From Scyliorhinus canicula (lineage: Eukaryota): 64,000 nt of DNA. The translations under genes were made by a program, and so were the position numbers. Below are positions 25,243 to 38,257 of the stretch, piece by piece. The stretch is from contig NC_052159.1 of the NCBI RefSeq assembly GCF_902713615.1, positions 103,407,877 to 103,471,876 on the forward strand. The letters are read 5' to 3'. A model generated the notes under the pieces. It ran no database searches. It saw nothing but the letters and a program-made list of their open reading frames with translations, and was not told where the DNA came from. Every line of letters starts with the position of its first letter. The first letter of the stretch is position 1.

Positions 25243-25459
25243 CATAATAGTAAGGTAGTGGAGGATATTACATTCTTATCATCAACATAAACATACCAAC
25301 TACACAACAAAGATTGGTGAAACAATAATGTGGAATCTTTATTTGAAGATATGACGATATACATACAATGTCAACTGGAAGATTATGTACTCACATATGA
25401 ATGTGACTGCAGCTGCTGTGAACTGAGTTCAGAGTCATGGGATGTCATGGGACATTACA
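25243..25459 (-). mobile_element. Short solo LTR
   Basis: 5-bp TSD GCCTT (25238-25242, 25460-25464), CATAAT..ATTACA ends (one TG decayed), minus-strand AATAAA. Confidence 0.6.
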
Positions 25460-26223
25460 GCCTTGTCTAGGGAATAGTAGTTCCCTCCCTTACCTGTCAA
25501 GATGCAGCAATACTACCCCCCCAAACCTACCATTTCACCATCACAGCACCTCCAAAAATACACGACAGAATTACCACCAGGAGAAGTCCAAAGCATTTCA
25601 GTTACAAGTTGGATGGTTGACCCTTTAAATAGCATTTATGACGGGGCTCTCATTCAGCAGTGAGTGGTTAGCACAGGACGTTTAATGGACCTGCACATTC
25701 TACGTTTGGCGAAATTGCATCAAACCAGCAGGAAAGGCAGTTTGACATCATGATCTTCCCACTGTAAAAGCTTGAGGCGCACACATAGCATGCCTGTGCT
25801 TCTGTCCAATCCAGCATAGAAATCTAATGCTATAAGTGGCAGCAAGTGTTGTGCGCGCCACTTTTTCCTCTTTTAGTCTACAAAAGTGTTGACATCAATG
25901 GTGATACAGAGCCGACTTTTGCAGTAATAAACTCCAACTTGCCCACCATTACATTTCTCACATCCCATTCCATATCGAGTCTTATTCATCCATTATATTT
26001 ATCCTCTCAAACCTCAACTGGAACATTGTATCACAAGGGCTAAATTCAAAAGTTTTATCCTTATTTACAATTTATCTTTAATGTCTTCTCATTGAATCCT
26101 TGAAACTCTTCTAGCCTATGTCACAGCTAAACCTGATGGTCCTCCAATTATGGGCCACCGTCCTCTCAGGGTTTCTCGCCTGCTCAGAGTTTTAAACTAT
26201 TTTAACCTGCTCTCCCCACCCTC

Positions 26224-26541
26224 TGTGGTGACATGCATGGATGGTGTGCGACCTCCGTCCAGCAGGTGGCGATGCAGACACACCATGCGGTTTCAAGACT
26301 AAGGTCATGTGACCAGTGACTCCCATATAAGGGGAGACACATCCATCAATCTTCAGAAGAAGATTGAGAGGGTAATAAGACATACAAGTGAATGGACAGT
26401 GCGAAGGATGGATGCGATTCCAGATGAGTAATAAGCAGACTCCATGATAATGCACTCTGTAACATATTGCTATCTTACCACACGAGACTCAATAAAGATT
26501 CTGGTTTGGACAAGTCAAGATATTTGGTGGATTCCTTCATA
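26224..26541 (+). mobile_element. LTR-like segment
   Basis: TGTGG start, TATAAG at about 26326, AATAAA at 26491, possible decayed PBS downstream. No TSD seen. Confidence 0.45.
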
Positions 26542-27265
26542 AGGTGTAGAAGATTAAACACAAAACCCCCCACCGCTACCAAAACTCCCAACCTGAAACA
26601 TGTCCCCAATGATCCATCCATGAAGTTGCATGGGAGGCTGGAATGGCCGTCGCAGTATTTTCCCATCCTGACTCTCTCTGGGGAATTGGACACACAGCTG
26701 TTGAATGTAATTTAGTTGGTCATAGAATAGTTGCTAGTGAAGGCCTCTGGCTGGTCTGTGGGAGCCTTGGTGCCACATGCTTGCAATTGATTATACTTTG
26801 CGCCTGCGGCAATCCAGTGACAGTTCCAATGGGCCTCTCTGTCTAACTGTCAGGGTCAGTCTGGTAGTGCAGCAAGTTGCTAGCCCTCTTCTTTGGCCAC
26901 TTCTTTGATATATGCTGCTGATGAGCTGCTGCTGAGAGACCTAAGAGCCCGATGTGTAAAATTGAGTGGATCAGTTATCTTCAGGGTCACAGTCAGTGGA
27001 TGTCCACAGAAATCCATGACGCAGCCCACCTTGTACCATGAGACGTATGTTGGTGATGACCTACCTTGAAAGATGCAGTCTTCATTGTGTCATACCCGCA
27101 CAGTTACGCCTGCAAATTTATGGAAGAAACATTTTTTCTTTAAATGGAATGAAAATGGACAATCTGAGTTGTAACAAGATAAGGGGGTCAGGTGCCTTCC
27201 CTCTTCCTCTACAAATATACATGAAGCTGCCCAAGGTTGGAAGTATCCTGTCTGTCTGAACAGTG

Positions 27266-28618
27266 TATTGAAATGTAAACAAGCTTTCTTTGGACATTCT
27301 GTTGAAGGTACATTAAAAATGCAACAGAACTCTCCTGTGGAGTTAACAGCTACTGTTGTCTAAATGTCTGCAGAAACTGACACACAATCGGCAGTAAAAG
27401 AGACTCCAGAGGGAAGGGACCCCAGCAAAGAAAGGACCCTGCCTGGAATCCCCAAACAGGCAGAGAAGTGGGCTATCCTTTTACCTTCAGATTTGCTGAA
27501 ACAAACTCTATTTCGCTGCAGGGGTTCAACTGGAGCAGAGCGAGAAACCTACTGTTTTAAAGAGTAAGCCACTGAGAATTCATTGCCAGAAACTTCAAAC
27601 CTCCATTTTCTTCAGTGAGTCAAAATAACATCTGCAATGTTTCCAGCTTGCATCTCAAAGCACAGTGGGATAGCTACTTCTTTGACTCTTTAAAACTTTT
27701 GTAAATATCTTTTCTTATGTTTGTTTCTTGTGTGAATGAGTGAGTGGGAGCTGTTGTGATTCTCTTTTGGGTCTTGAGGTATAAACACTTGTTCTTTCTT
27801 TTTCAAAGCTTATGAGAAAACCTGGGCGGGATTCTCTAATCCTGAGGCTATGTGTTGACGCTGTCGTAAACACGCTCGCGTTTCACGGCGGCGTCAACTT
27901 GGCCCCAGGAGCAGCGTGCATGGCACTGGAGTGACCCACGCCGCTCCAGCTGCCGATACTGGCATCAGATGGCCGCCGCGGGTCTGCGCATGCGCATTTC
28001 GACCGCCATGATTGCGCGCATGTGCGGTGGCTCCCTTCTCCGCGTCGGCCCCAACACAACATGGCGCAGGGCTAGAGGAGCAAAAGAGGCCCCCAGCACG
28101 AGAGGCCGGCCCGCCAATCAGTACGACCCAATCGCGGGCCAGGCCACAGCAGAGGCCCCCCCCTGGGGTCGGACCCCCCTCCACCACCAACAGGCCGCCC
28201 CCGGATGGATGCACGCTGAGGCCCCGCCAGGTAAGACCACACGTGGATGGCGCCGGCATTACTCGGATGTTTTATGTGGCCGCTCGGCCCAGCCCGGGTG
28301 GAGAATTGCCGGGGGGGGGGGCTTAGAGTGGCCCTCGACCGGCGCAGCACCGACCGTGCCGGTGCCAATGGCGCCAATTCTACGCTCTCCGGAGAATCGG
28401 CAGGTGGCGTCAGGGCAGCGTCGCGTGATTTGCGCCCGGCCAGGCGATTCTGCGGCCCGGCGTGGGCTTTGAGAATCCTGCCTCCTGTCTTGTGTCTGTT
28501 CTTGGAGTCAAAGCTGTGAAGACATTTGAACATTTCCTATTTAAAACTGATTTTGTTGCAGTTAGTCAAGAGTTGGGGAAAGGGGAACCATCCTACCAAA
28601 TGTCCCTTGTCAATAACA
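27266..28618 (+). mobile_element. Probable old solo LTR interrupted by a MITE
   Basis: Ends ..ATAACA, with AGTG on both sides (27262-27265, 28619-28622). Confidence 0.4.
27824..28483. mobile_element. Harbinger-type MITE, complete
   Basis: TIRs GGGCGGGATTCTC / GAGAATCCTGCCT, TSD CCT. Homologous to 33988-34558. Confidence 0.85.
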
Positions 28619-29440
28619 AGTGACGCTTGGACATCGACAGGTAGTTGAGGCTAGCCTGGTCATCTATGGTTGGGCACTCCGTGGCTCAGCTGCCTGCTGC
28701 CAGTTCACTATGTGTCCTTCACCGACTTGCCAAGTTGAAGGCAGGCCCTCTTGCTGCTATTGCTGCAGTGGGGCTGTCAGCTCCTGATCTTCCCTTCCAC
28801 TCCATCGCTCCTCCTCTGCACGGGGTCCCAAGAGGACTGGGTCTACAAGTCCCATGACCTGTGCTCTTGCATTCAACCTTCCCTGAGACCATGCCTTTGT
28901 CATTCCCTTTGACCCAATTGCATGCCTCTCTGTTCCTTGCTGAGAGACCACCATCATAACCTGCCCCTACTGCTCCTGTGAGACCAGAAGGCTCCTGATC
29001 ACCTCTCAGAGGATTGCTATCACTGATCGCCTCTCCCATCTCCTCTGCCTAATGTCAAAGATCAGTGAAGGCAAATATATTTGGCTGACTTTCATATCTG
29101 GGGCCTCACGTCTGTGCTACCAGCTTCATGTAGTCAGGGTTCTGATGGCCCATGACATTTATGTCCGCTTGTTGAATTCCAAATTCTGCACAAAATAGCA
29201 CACAATGAGTCCAAGTTACTTTCTCAATGAGCTCAATTGCTCCTATCGTGTCATTGGGTCAGCACCAACTCGGAGGCTTTCCAATGTTGGTGGAATGTGG
29301 GACCAACATTGTGCTGTTGGGATTCCGGTTCAGCATATCTCTTCTGAATTTCCGAGTCCTCTGCTGCCTCCCAGCACACTCCTGAGGAGCCCATTAAATT
29401 CAACCCAACATTTCAACTTAATAAAAAGTTCAGGTTCATC

Positions 29441-29541
29441 GGAACTGATGAAAGGTCACCAACCTGAAACCTTTACTCTGTTTCTCTCTCCACAGATGCT
29501 GCTGGACCGCTGGGTATTTTGAGCATTTTCTGTTTCTATTT
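29441..29541 (+). mobile_element. Penelope-like element terminal fragment with decayed hammerhead core
   Basis: CTGATGA-A-AGGT-CACCA-ACCT-GAAAC followed by CTCTGTTTCTCTCTCCACAGATGCTGC. Related pieces at about 42215-42275 (-) and 62050-62245. Confidence 0.55.
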
Positions 29542-29616
29542 TCTCTGCTAGCTGAATGAAGCTGGAGCAGTCGGTTCTGAGTGGATTCAGGTCGCAGGGT
29601 GAAAGACTGCCACAAG

Positions 29617-29937
29617 GGGCGGCATGGTGGCGCAGTATTTCAAACTGCTGCCTCATAGCTCCAGGGACCCGGGTTCAATTCTGGCCTCGGGTCACTGTCT
29701 GTGTAAAGTTTGCACTTTCTCCCCATGTCTGTGTGCGTTTCCTCCGGTTTCCTACCACAGTCCAAAGATGTGCAGGTTAGGTGGATTGGCCATGCTAAAG
29801 TGTCCAAAAAGGTTAGGTGGGGTGACTGGGTTACGGGGATTAGGTGGAGGCGTGGGGCTTAAGTAGGGTGCTCTTTCCAAGGGCCGGTGCAGACTCGATG
29901 GGTCGCATGGCCTCCTTCTGCACTGTTGATTCTATGA
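29617..29937 (+). mobile_element. V-SINE, older subfamily
   Basis: tRNA head, V-core, tail GCAGACTCGATGGG..CCTCCTTCTGCACTG..TTCTATGA. Confidence 0.85.
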
Positions 29938-30010
29938 AGGTTGGCGCTAAATTCATCTCATGCAGCGCAATTTCCATGAAGGTGGTTGGTGGAACAATTC
30001 TTACTGGGTC

Positions 30011-30542
30011 AGGTAGACAGCTTACCTCGAACATCAGGCGCCTGCTGAACGTGATAATGACCCCCTCCGGGGAGAGAACACAAGAGGTGATCGTCTCCCT
30101 GGACGCAGAAAAGGCCTTCGACAGAGTTGAATGGAAATACTTCATAGGAGGTACTGGAGCGGTTCGGGCTTGGAACAGGGTTCACCGCTTGGGTAAAACT
30201 CCTATACAAAGCTCCCATGGCGAGTGTACGGACCAACAATACCAACTCCCAATACTTCCAGCTGCACAGGGGCACCAGACAAGGATGCCCACTGTCCCCG
30301 CTGCTGTTCGCACTAGCAATCGAACCGCTAGCAATCGCGCTCAGGGCAGCAAAAAATTGGAGGGGGATCCGAAGGGGAGGTAGAGAGCACAGAGTCTCAC
30401 TCTATGCAGATGATCTGCTCCTCTACATCTCGGACCCACAAAGCAGCATGGACGGAATCATTGCGCTCCTGAAAGAATTTGGAGCCTTCTCGTGCTACAA
30501 ACGCAGCATGAGCAAAAGCGAGATCTTCCCCGTACACCCGCA

Positions 30543-30574
<32 letters not shown>

Positions 30575-32845
30575 CACTAAAGGGGCTGCCGTTCAAACAA
30601 GCCCGACACAAATTCCGCTACCTGGGGATCCAAATAGCCCATGACTGGAAAGGGATCCACAAATGGAACCTCACCAGCCTGACGGAGGAAGTAAAAAAGG
30701 ACCTGCAAAGATGGAACACACTCCCACTCTCCCTCATGGGAAGAGCCCAGACGATCAAAATGAACGTATTGCCCAGGTTCCTCTTCCTGTTTAGATCCAT
30801 TCCAATCTACATCCCCAAGGCCTTTTTCAAAGTGCTGGACAAACTTATCATGGCGTTCGTATGGGGGGGGGGGGGGGGGGGGGGGGGGGGGTAAAAATGC
30901 TAGGGTCCCAAAGAAGGTTCTACAAAAAACAAAATCCAGGGGGGGGCTAGCCCTCCCGAATCTACAATTCTACCACTGGGCGGCAACAGCCGAGCGAGTA
31001 AGGGGATGGATCCAGGAGCCAGAAGCCGAGTGGGTGCGTGCGGAGGAGGCCTCCTGCATGGGGACCTCCCTCCGGGCCCTCACCATGGCAGCACTCCCAT
31101 CCCCACCCAAAAAACACTCCAGCAGCCCAGTGGTGACAGCCACCCTCCAATCCTGGATCCAACTGCGGCAGCAATTTGGCCTGACCAAAATGTCGGACAA
31201 AGCTCCCATCTGCAACAACCATAGGTTCACACCAGCACTGACTGATGCCACCTTCAAAAAGGTGGAGGCAGGACGGGAGGACACTGACAGTCAGGGACCT
31301 ATACACGGACGACAGGATCGCAACACTGGACGAACTGACAGAGAAATTTCGGCTAGCCGGGGGGGAACGAGCTACGGTACCTGCAGCTCAAAAACTTCTT
31401 ACGAAAGGAGACAAGGACGTACCCACAACCGCCACGACAGACACTACTGGAAGACCTACTGGACGCAAGTATCCTAGAGAAGGGGAACTGTAGCGACATG
31501 TATGACCGACTGGTAGAAAGGGACGACACCGTACTGGACGCAACAAGAATGAAATGGGAGGACGACCTGGGGATTGAGATAGGGTGGGGACTCTGGAGCG
31601 AAGCACTGAATAGGGTCAACTCCACCTCCACGTGCGCAAGGCTCAGCCTGACGCAACTAAAAGTGGTACATAGAGCCCACTTAACAAGAAACCGTATGAG
31701 TAGGTTCTTCCCGGAGGTGGAGGACAGATGTGAACGATGCCAAAGAGGCCCGGCCAACCACGCCCACATGTTCTGGTCTTGCCCCAGACTTGTGGAGTAC
31801 TGGACAGCCTTCTTCGAGGCTATGTCCAAAGTGGTGGGGGTGAGGGTGGAGCCATGCCCGAAAGTGGTGGTCTTCGGGGTTTCAGACCAGCCAGATCTAT
31901 TCCTGGGGAGGAGGGCGGACGCCCTTGCCTTTGTCTCCCTGATCGCCCGCCGTAGAATCCTGTTTGGCTGGCGGTCAGCAGCACCGCCCAGAGCTGCAGA
32001 CTGGCTGTCCGACCTCTCGGAATCTCTCCAAATGGAGAAACTCAAATTCGCCATCTGAGGGTCAGACGACGGCTTCCACAGAACGTGGGAGCCATTTATG
32101 CAATTGGCAGCAGGGTAGCATGGTGGTTAGCATAAATGCTTCACAGCTCCAGGGTCCCAGGTTCGATTCCCGGCTGGGTCACTGTCTGTGTGGAGTCTGC
32201 ACGTCCTCCCCCTGTGTGCGTGGGTTTCCTCCGGGTGCTCCGGTTTCCTCCCACAGTCCAAAGATGTGCGGGTTAGGTGGATTGGCCATGCTAAATTGCC
32301 CGTAGTGTCCTAATAAAAGTAAGGTTAAGGGGAGGGGTTGTTGGGTTACGGGTATAGGGTGGGTTTGAGTAGGGTGATCATGGCTCGGCACAACATTGAG
32401 GGCCGAAGGGCCTGTTCTGTGCTGTACTGTTCTATGTTCTATGTTCTATGTTCTATGTTCCGGGACCTGTTTGTGGCCAACGTACAAGAGGAAGAATAGT
32501 CGGGTGGCCAAGAATCAGGGGAAAATGGACGGGAATCGGGGGAAGGTAGCCGGGGGGAGGGCTACGGGTTCGTTATGGGGGTTTGATGGCTAGCTAAGGC
32601 CCAAAACCAAACTGTAAATAAATGCCTATAAACATGTGCCTCGGCCATATTGGGGAATGTAAAATATGTATGCCGGCTAAAGGGGGCGGCCACAGTTGTT
32701 ATTATGAAGATGCTTACCTGTAAATATACATGTTAATTTTTGCATATTTTTTCTTTTCTTTTTTTTTCCCTTTTTCTCTCTCTAATAATTTGTAATTTGT
32801 TGGATATAAAATATGAAAACTCAATAAAAAACATTTATTAAAAAA
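30011..32845 (+). mobile_element. L1-clade LINE, 5'-truncated, relatively young
   Basis: SLDAEKAFDRVEW, RGTRQGCPLSPLLF, SLYADD, C-terminal CERC..HMFWSC. AATAAA and A-tail. Perfect 15-bp TSD AATTCTTACTGGGTC (29996-30010, 32846-32860). Confidence 0.95.
32106..32460 (+). mobile_element. V-SINE (HE1-like) nested in L1
   Basis: Young SINE sequence with (TTCTATG)n tail inside the L1 3' region. Confidence 0.92.
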
Positions 32846-33987
32846 AATTCTTACTGGGTCTTCTTCTGAGGTAGGTACAAGTAATGCCTGACAGGTGGAG
32901 TTTTACATGCTGTCATGGCGGTTCTAGACACTGATTGGATTGGAGGCCTGAAATGGAATTTGTCCTGACTCTCCAGTGAGATCTTCCATCAAATTTATGA
33001 ATAGGAAAATTCAATTAAAAATCTGTTGTCTTTCAGCTTTGTTTAATCAGTGACTTGTTTCATAGATTTTTTTAAAGGGCAATATGCGGAGCAATAATGT
33101 GGGCACTGTGATATTCCTGTCTCTGCTAAATAAATACTTGAGTAAAAAGCAGTTTAATGTTTATAAGCACTGACAGATGATTTATTTAGCTGTGCTCTGG
33201 AGACCCTTGCCCATCCAAAATGAACATCAGTAAACATTTAAGGAAAAAAATGCACTATATTTGCCTGTTAAGATCATTCTTGAAGGCATTTCTAAAATTG
33301 CAGCACTGCACAGTTAAAATTAAAAAGGTGAATGTTTTACCCTAGGTTTGAAAATATCATCACAATAATGAGACAAGTACAGAGCAGGTTTTGTCAAGGA
33401 ATATGGGGCACATTTGCTGGATGTGTCGGAGTGGAGGAAGAAGAAAAAGAGAAGGATTCATAGGCATGACAGCCATGACTCGTGGCAGAAACATGGACAG
33501 GATAGAGTGAATCACCTAGAGGTGTGGTGCGGAACACAAATAAGCAAAGCTGACGAGCGAGGATTCACATTGCATAAGCCCCACGGTCCATGATTGTTTT
33601 TTCTGAGCTCTGCAATGCATCACAAGTAAATTGAAGGTCACCAACGCCCTCAGGCCCAATGCTTCAGGACTTTTTCAGTGATCCACATGGGATCTTTGTC
33701 GGCCTTTTGAATAACTGACTACTACTCTTTGTTGTACAATGAAAAATTGCAGACATCCAGATGTAATGAGAGAGAAATTGGGCTGTAAATGCAGCCAATT
33801 TTTAAACACTCCATGGCCCCTTAATGCTTGAAATTGTGATGCATGCTTCGTCTGGGGAATGCACCAGGTGCCAATATGGTAAAAAAGGTATCTAACAATT
33901 GCCAGCAGCAAGAAACAGTCAATCAATATGCAATGCTAATACTACACCAATGTTAAAATTCTCAAATGCATGCTCCAGCAACACCCA

Positions 33988-34558
33988 GGGCGCGATTCTC
34001 CAAAATGGAGACTAAGTGTTCGCGCCATCGTGAACACCGTCGCGTTTCACGACAGCGCAAAACGGGCATGGGGACAACCGATTCTGGCCACCAGAGGGTG
34101 GTTCACGCCGTTCCAGCCTCCCTTCCCGGCGCCAAATGGGCACCGTGCCAACCCGCGCATGCAGGGACTTCTTCAGCGCACCAGCCCCAACGCAACATGG
34201 CGTGGGGGTTCAGGGGCTGGCTGCGCAACAAAGTAGGCCCGGGGGGGAGGGGGTGGGGAAGAGGCCGGTCCGTCGATCGATGGGCCCCAATCGCGGGCCA
34301 GACTCCATCGGAGGCCCCCCCGGGGACGGAGCCACCCTGCCCCCCCAACCCTTCACGCAGAGTTCCCGCTGGCAGCCGTTTCTGCACAGCCGCTTGGCCC
34401 ATCCGCGGACAGCGGCCCGCGACCGGTGCCGTGCCAAACGTGCCGGCGCAAATGGCGCCGGTTCTCCGCACCTCAGAGAATTGCGCGCCGATGTCAGGGC
34501 GGCGAGGCGCGGTTGCGGCAATTCACCGGCCCGGCGCGAGGCTCGGAGAATCGCGCCC
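33988..34558. mobile_element. Harbinger-type MITE, complete
   Basis: Perfect 14-bp TIR GGGCGCGATTCTCC / GGAGAATCGCGCCC, TSD CCA/CCT. Confidence 0.85.
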
Positions 34559-34691
34559 CCTGAATCCCATACAATTAGACATGTGGGATAGGATTTGATG
34601 GAGATGACGGTGGTAACACTCACTAGCTGTAGCTGGCAGAAGCCTCACGTCACATCTATTAGGGAAGGCCCACCGGATCAAGTGTCACTCC

Positions 34692-35050
34692 TGTGACAGT
34701 ATGGGAAATGCTCAGAACACAAAGGGTTAATGTCATACATTAATTAACCACTAGATGGAGCTAGATGCAGAACTATATAAAGCACTGACTCACAGATCTC
34801 TTGGAGAGGGTTGGAGAGGAGAGCAGCGGAGCATTGAGAGAGATCAGAATACAGTTTTCGATAGAGTGTGGAGACGAGTGTTAGTAGAGTATATATTGGA
34901 GAATACTAGATTATTGTTTACTATAGAAGTAAGTGGTCGAGCCTTAATAAGTAGTAAATAAATGTTAGTTTTGTGAATGAACTTATCTTCTGTGGTCGTT
35001 GTGAACACTACAACATCCATCCAGATAACAGAATCACAAAGAACACCGCA
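34692..35050 (+). mobile_element. Solo LTR
   Basis: TG...CA ends, near-TSD ACTCC/ACTCA, TATATAAA at about 34774, AATAAA at about 34957. Confidence 0.65.
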
Positions 35051-35864
35051 ACTCAGGCACTTAACTGGGCAGCAGGGGCTTTCCCTGGGTTTGAAGGCTT
35101 CAGGGGCTCGAGGTCTCAACCGCAAAGAGTTGCTGCTCAATCAGAGGTTGGCAACTGTACTGAGCGACAATGTCATCAGGGGCTGCTGGTATGACACCCA
35201 CCTGAGGCAAAGTATTTGATTGCAAGCCACCGCTGAGTGATGGTGGGAGGCATGGGAGGTCACAAGGGAGGTGCGTTCTCAGCAAAGTCAGGGGGTGGCA
35301 CTGGGATGGCCCAGCTGTCCCTGATGCTGGGTACTTTGGTCAGGCACTGAGTGCCTTTGTACAAGGCCTCAAGGTCATCATGCTCTCTTCAGGAGGTTCT
35401 CTGCCTGGCACTGGGTCAATGCCATCCTTGGCAGGATGGGATCCTTAAGCGGTGAGAAGGTGGCTGGTTTCCGAGCTACCACCCCCTATCTGATTAAATG
35501 CCACCACCAACAAACTCTCCATGGAGGAGGGCATTAAATTCTGCCATGTTCACTGGCTGCATTGCTTAAAGGAACGGTGCACGTGTCTTGCTCACCACTG
35601 AACTGACACCTGAGTTATACTCGCTCCTGGTTTTGTCCCGTTTTGTCCCCAATATCTCATCATGTGCAGATCCCACTGCTATCCCATCCTTTGGGATGCA
35701 CACTTATGCTAGCATTCTCACCTTCTCCTCACCCTCATATTTAGAAATCTTTCAAGATCCACAATTAACAGCTTGCCCACATTTCAATCCTTACGCCCAC
35801 ATGCATGATCACCCAAACTCCTTGTACCACACTCACTGACACATTTGTCTCTCTCCTGCAAGGT

Positions 35865-36750
35865 AAGATCCTGGCATGGAGAGAGGATTGGCTGACTGGC
35901 AGAAGGCAGAGAGTGGGGAGAAAGGGTATTTTTCAGGATGGCAGCCGGTGACTAGTGCTGTGCCTCAGGGGTCTGTGCTGGGTCCACAACTTTTCACAAT
36001 ATACATTAATGATCTGGAAGAAGGAACTGAAGGCACTGTTGCTAAGTTTGCAGATGATACAAAGATATGCAGAGGGACAGGTAGTATTGAGGAAGCAGGA
36101 GGCTGCAGAAGGACTTAGACAGAGTTGGAGATTGGGAAAAAAAGTGGCAGGTGGAATACACTGGGGAAAAGTGTGAGGTTATGCACTTCGGAAGGAAAAA
36201 TGGAGGCATATATCATTTTCTAAATGGGGAAATGCTTTGGGAATCAGAAGGGACTTGGGAGTCTTTGTTCAAGATTCTCTAAAGGTTAACATGCAGACTC
36301 AGTTGGCAAATGCAATATTCACATTCATGTTGAGAGGGCTAGAATGCAAGAGTTGGTCAGACCCCATTTAGAGTATTGTGAGCAGTTTTGGGCCCCATAT
36401 CTGCTGGCATTGGAAAGGGTCTGGAGGAGGTTCACAAGAATGATTCCTGAAATGAAGGGCTTGTCGTATGAGGAACGGTTGAGGACTCTGGGTCTGAGCT
36501 CATTGGAGTTCAAAGGGATGAGGGTAGATCTCATTGAAACTTACAGAATACTGTGAGACCTGGATGGAATGGACGTGGAGCGGATGTTTTCACTTGTAGG
36601 AAAAACTAGAACCAGAGGACACCATCTCAGACTAAAGGTATGATCATTTAAAACAGAGATGTGGAGGAATTTCTTCAGCCAGAGGGTGATGAATCTGTGG
36701 AACTCTTGCTGCAGAAGGCCAAATTTAAGACAGATAGATAGGTTTTTGAT
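35865..36750 (+). mobile_element. CR1 LINE RT fragment
   Basis: [26 protein letters not shown] and LVRPHLEYCEQFWAP, frameshifted. Confidence 0.88.
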
Positions 36751-36929
36751 TAATAATAATAATAATAATAATCTTTAATTTCACAAGTAGGGTTACAGTA
36801 ACACTGCAATGATGTTTCTGTGAAAAGCCCCTAGTCGCCACATTGCGGCACCTGTTCAGGTCCACAGAGGGAGAATTCTTAGTCATTGGCACCCGACAGC
36901 ATTTGGCAGCTTGCTCATTGATTAAAGTC

Positions 36930-37510
36930 ACTTATACTCTCAGTCTGTTTCTGGCTGTCAGGGAGAACACAATGTAGCCCCCACAATGTACTTACAAAGC
37001 ATCAGTCACCTTTTCAATGGGGCAGTGCTCAACAAACTGGAAGATGGTTGCTGCCCGTTCCAATGTAGAAAAACACTGGCGTGAAGAATGTCATGGCTCT
37101 GGTCATATTCAAAGCCCCTGGCAGTATGGCCTTGTCCTGCTCTCAGGCTGCAATCTGACAGCGGGAGGTGGCAAATTTTAGCACCTCCTTCACTGAGGTT
37201 TTCTTGCTTTTTTAATACATAAATTTAGAGTACCCAATTGATTTTTTTCCAATTAAGGGCCAATTTAGTGTGGCCAATCCACTTAATCTGCACTTCTTTG
37301 GGTTGTGGGTGTGAAATCCACGCAGGCACGGGGAGAATGTGCAAACTCCACTCAGACAGTGGCCCGGGGCTGGGACCGAACCCGGGTCCGGGATTGAACC
37401 CGGGTCCTCAACGCCATAGGCAGCATTGCTAACCACTGGGCCACCGTGTCACCCTCGTTCCTCACTGAAGTTAAGGAGAATTACTCTCTGAGGACCCTTG
37501 GGTGGACATG
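36930..37510 (-). pseudogene. Harbinger (HARBI1-like) transposase N-terminal remnant, split by a SINE
   Basis: Frameshifted pieces PRVLRE*FS..SEE, KICHL, LQPESRTR, LPGALNMTRAMTFF and EKVTDAL fit the vertebrate Harbinger transposase N-terminus. Confidence 0.6.
37208..37454 (-). mobile_element. Short V-SINE with A-rich tail
   Basis: tRNA head, shortened core, tail ..TTGGGTACTCTAAATTTA. Same type as 58299-58519. Confidence 0.8.
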
Positions 37511-38257
37511 GTCCCTTGCTGAGAACTTGTTTCCACCACTTTCTCCTTCTTTTTCTTCAAACAGGTTGGCCTCCTCTATGGCACCTCTTCTGCTCAATCT
37601 TCTTGACATGCTGCAGATCAACATTCATAACTGGGAGCAAGATATTAAGGACTATTGAAGTCTGAAAGAAGGCCATCATCATGTGTAACACCACTCCCTG
37701 TGGACTACGGCAACTTTAAATCAGAGTACAGACCACCGAATACTTCAATATACCCAACAGCCGCCAAATCAATCGTCAACTTTCTGAAAAGTAGCTGATG
37801 GATCCCTTTAAATATCATGGTGGGGGTGCCCTTCCTGCTGAATGTTTAAAGATAATGTGTTAGCTGAGGTAACAAGATCAAAAATGGCATCCATATCATC
37901 AAATCGGCGTGACCAACTGACCAACATCACAATTCAGCTACAGTGCACACTTAATGTGCGTACACCTAATGGCCACACTAATACTCTCATCAAAATGGTA
38001 TCTAGTGCACAGTGTGGATGCATTTTACATCCAAAACAACAACTGTAGGGCTGAAAACATTGGCATTAAAGAGCCAAATTTTCCCTGAGCTGGTGGCTGC
38101 ACAGGTAAGATCGAGTGAGGCTATCTCATTGTCTTTATTTTTTCCATTAACTGGGTAGACTGGGGTATCAGAAATGGAAAAGCTGCAAGGTGTGGATTAT
38201 GGTGTGGAGAGAGCAGAAAACCAGAAGGGTATGAGTACGCAATGGGAGTAACAGAGC

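Noticed and set aside
26580-27200. Possible decayed RTE-type LINE
   Set aside because: Too degraded to support a call by eye.
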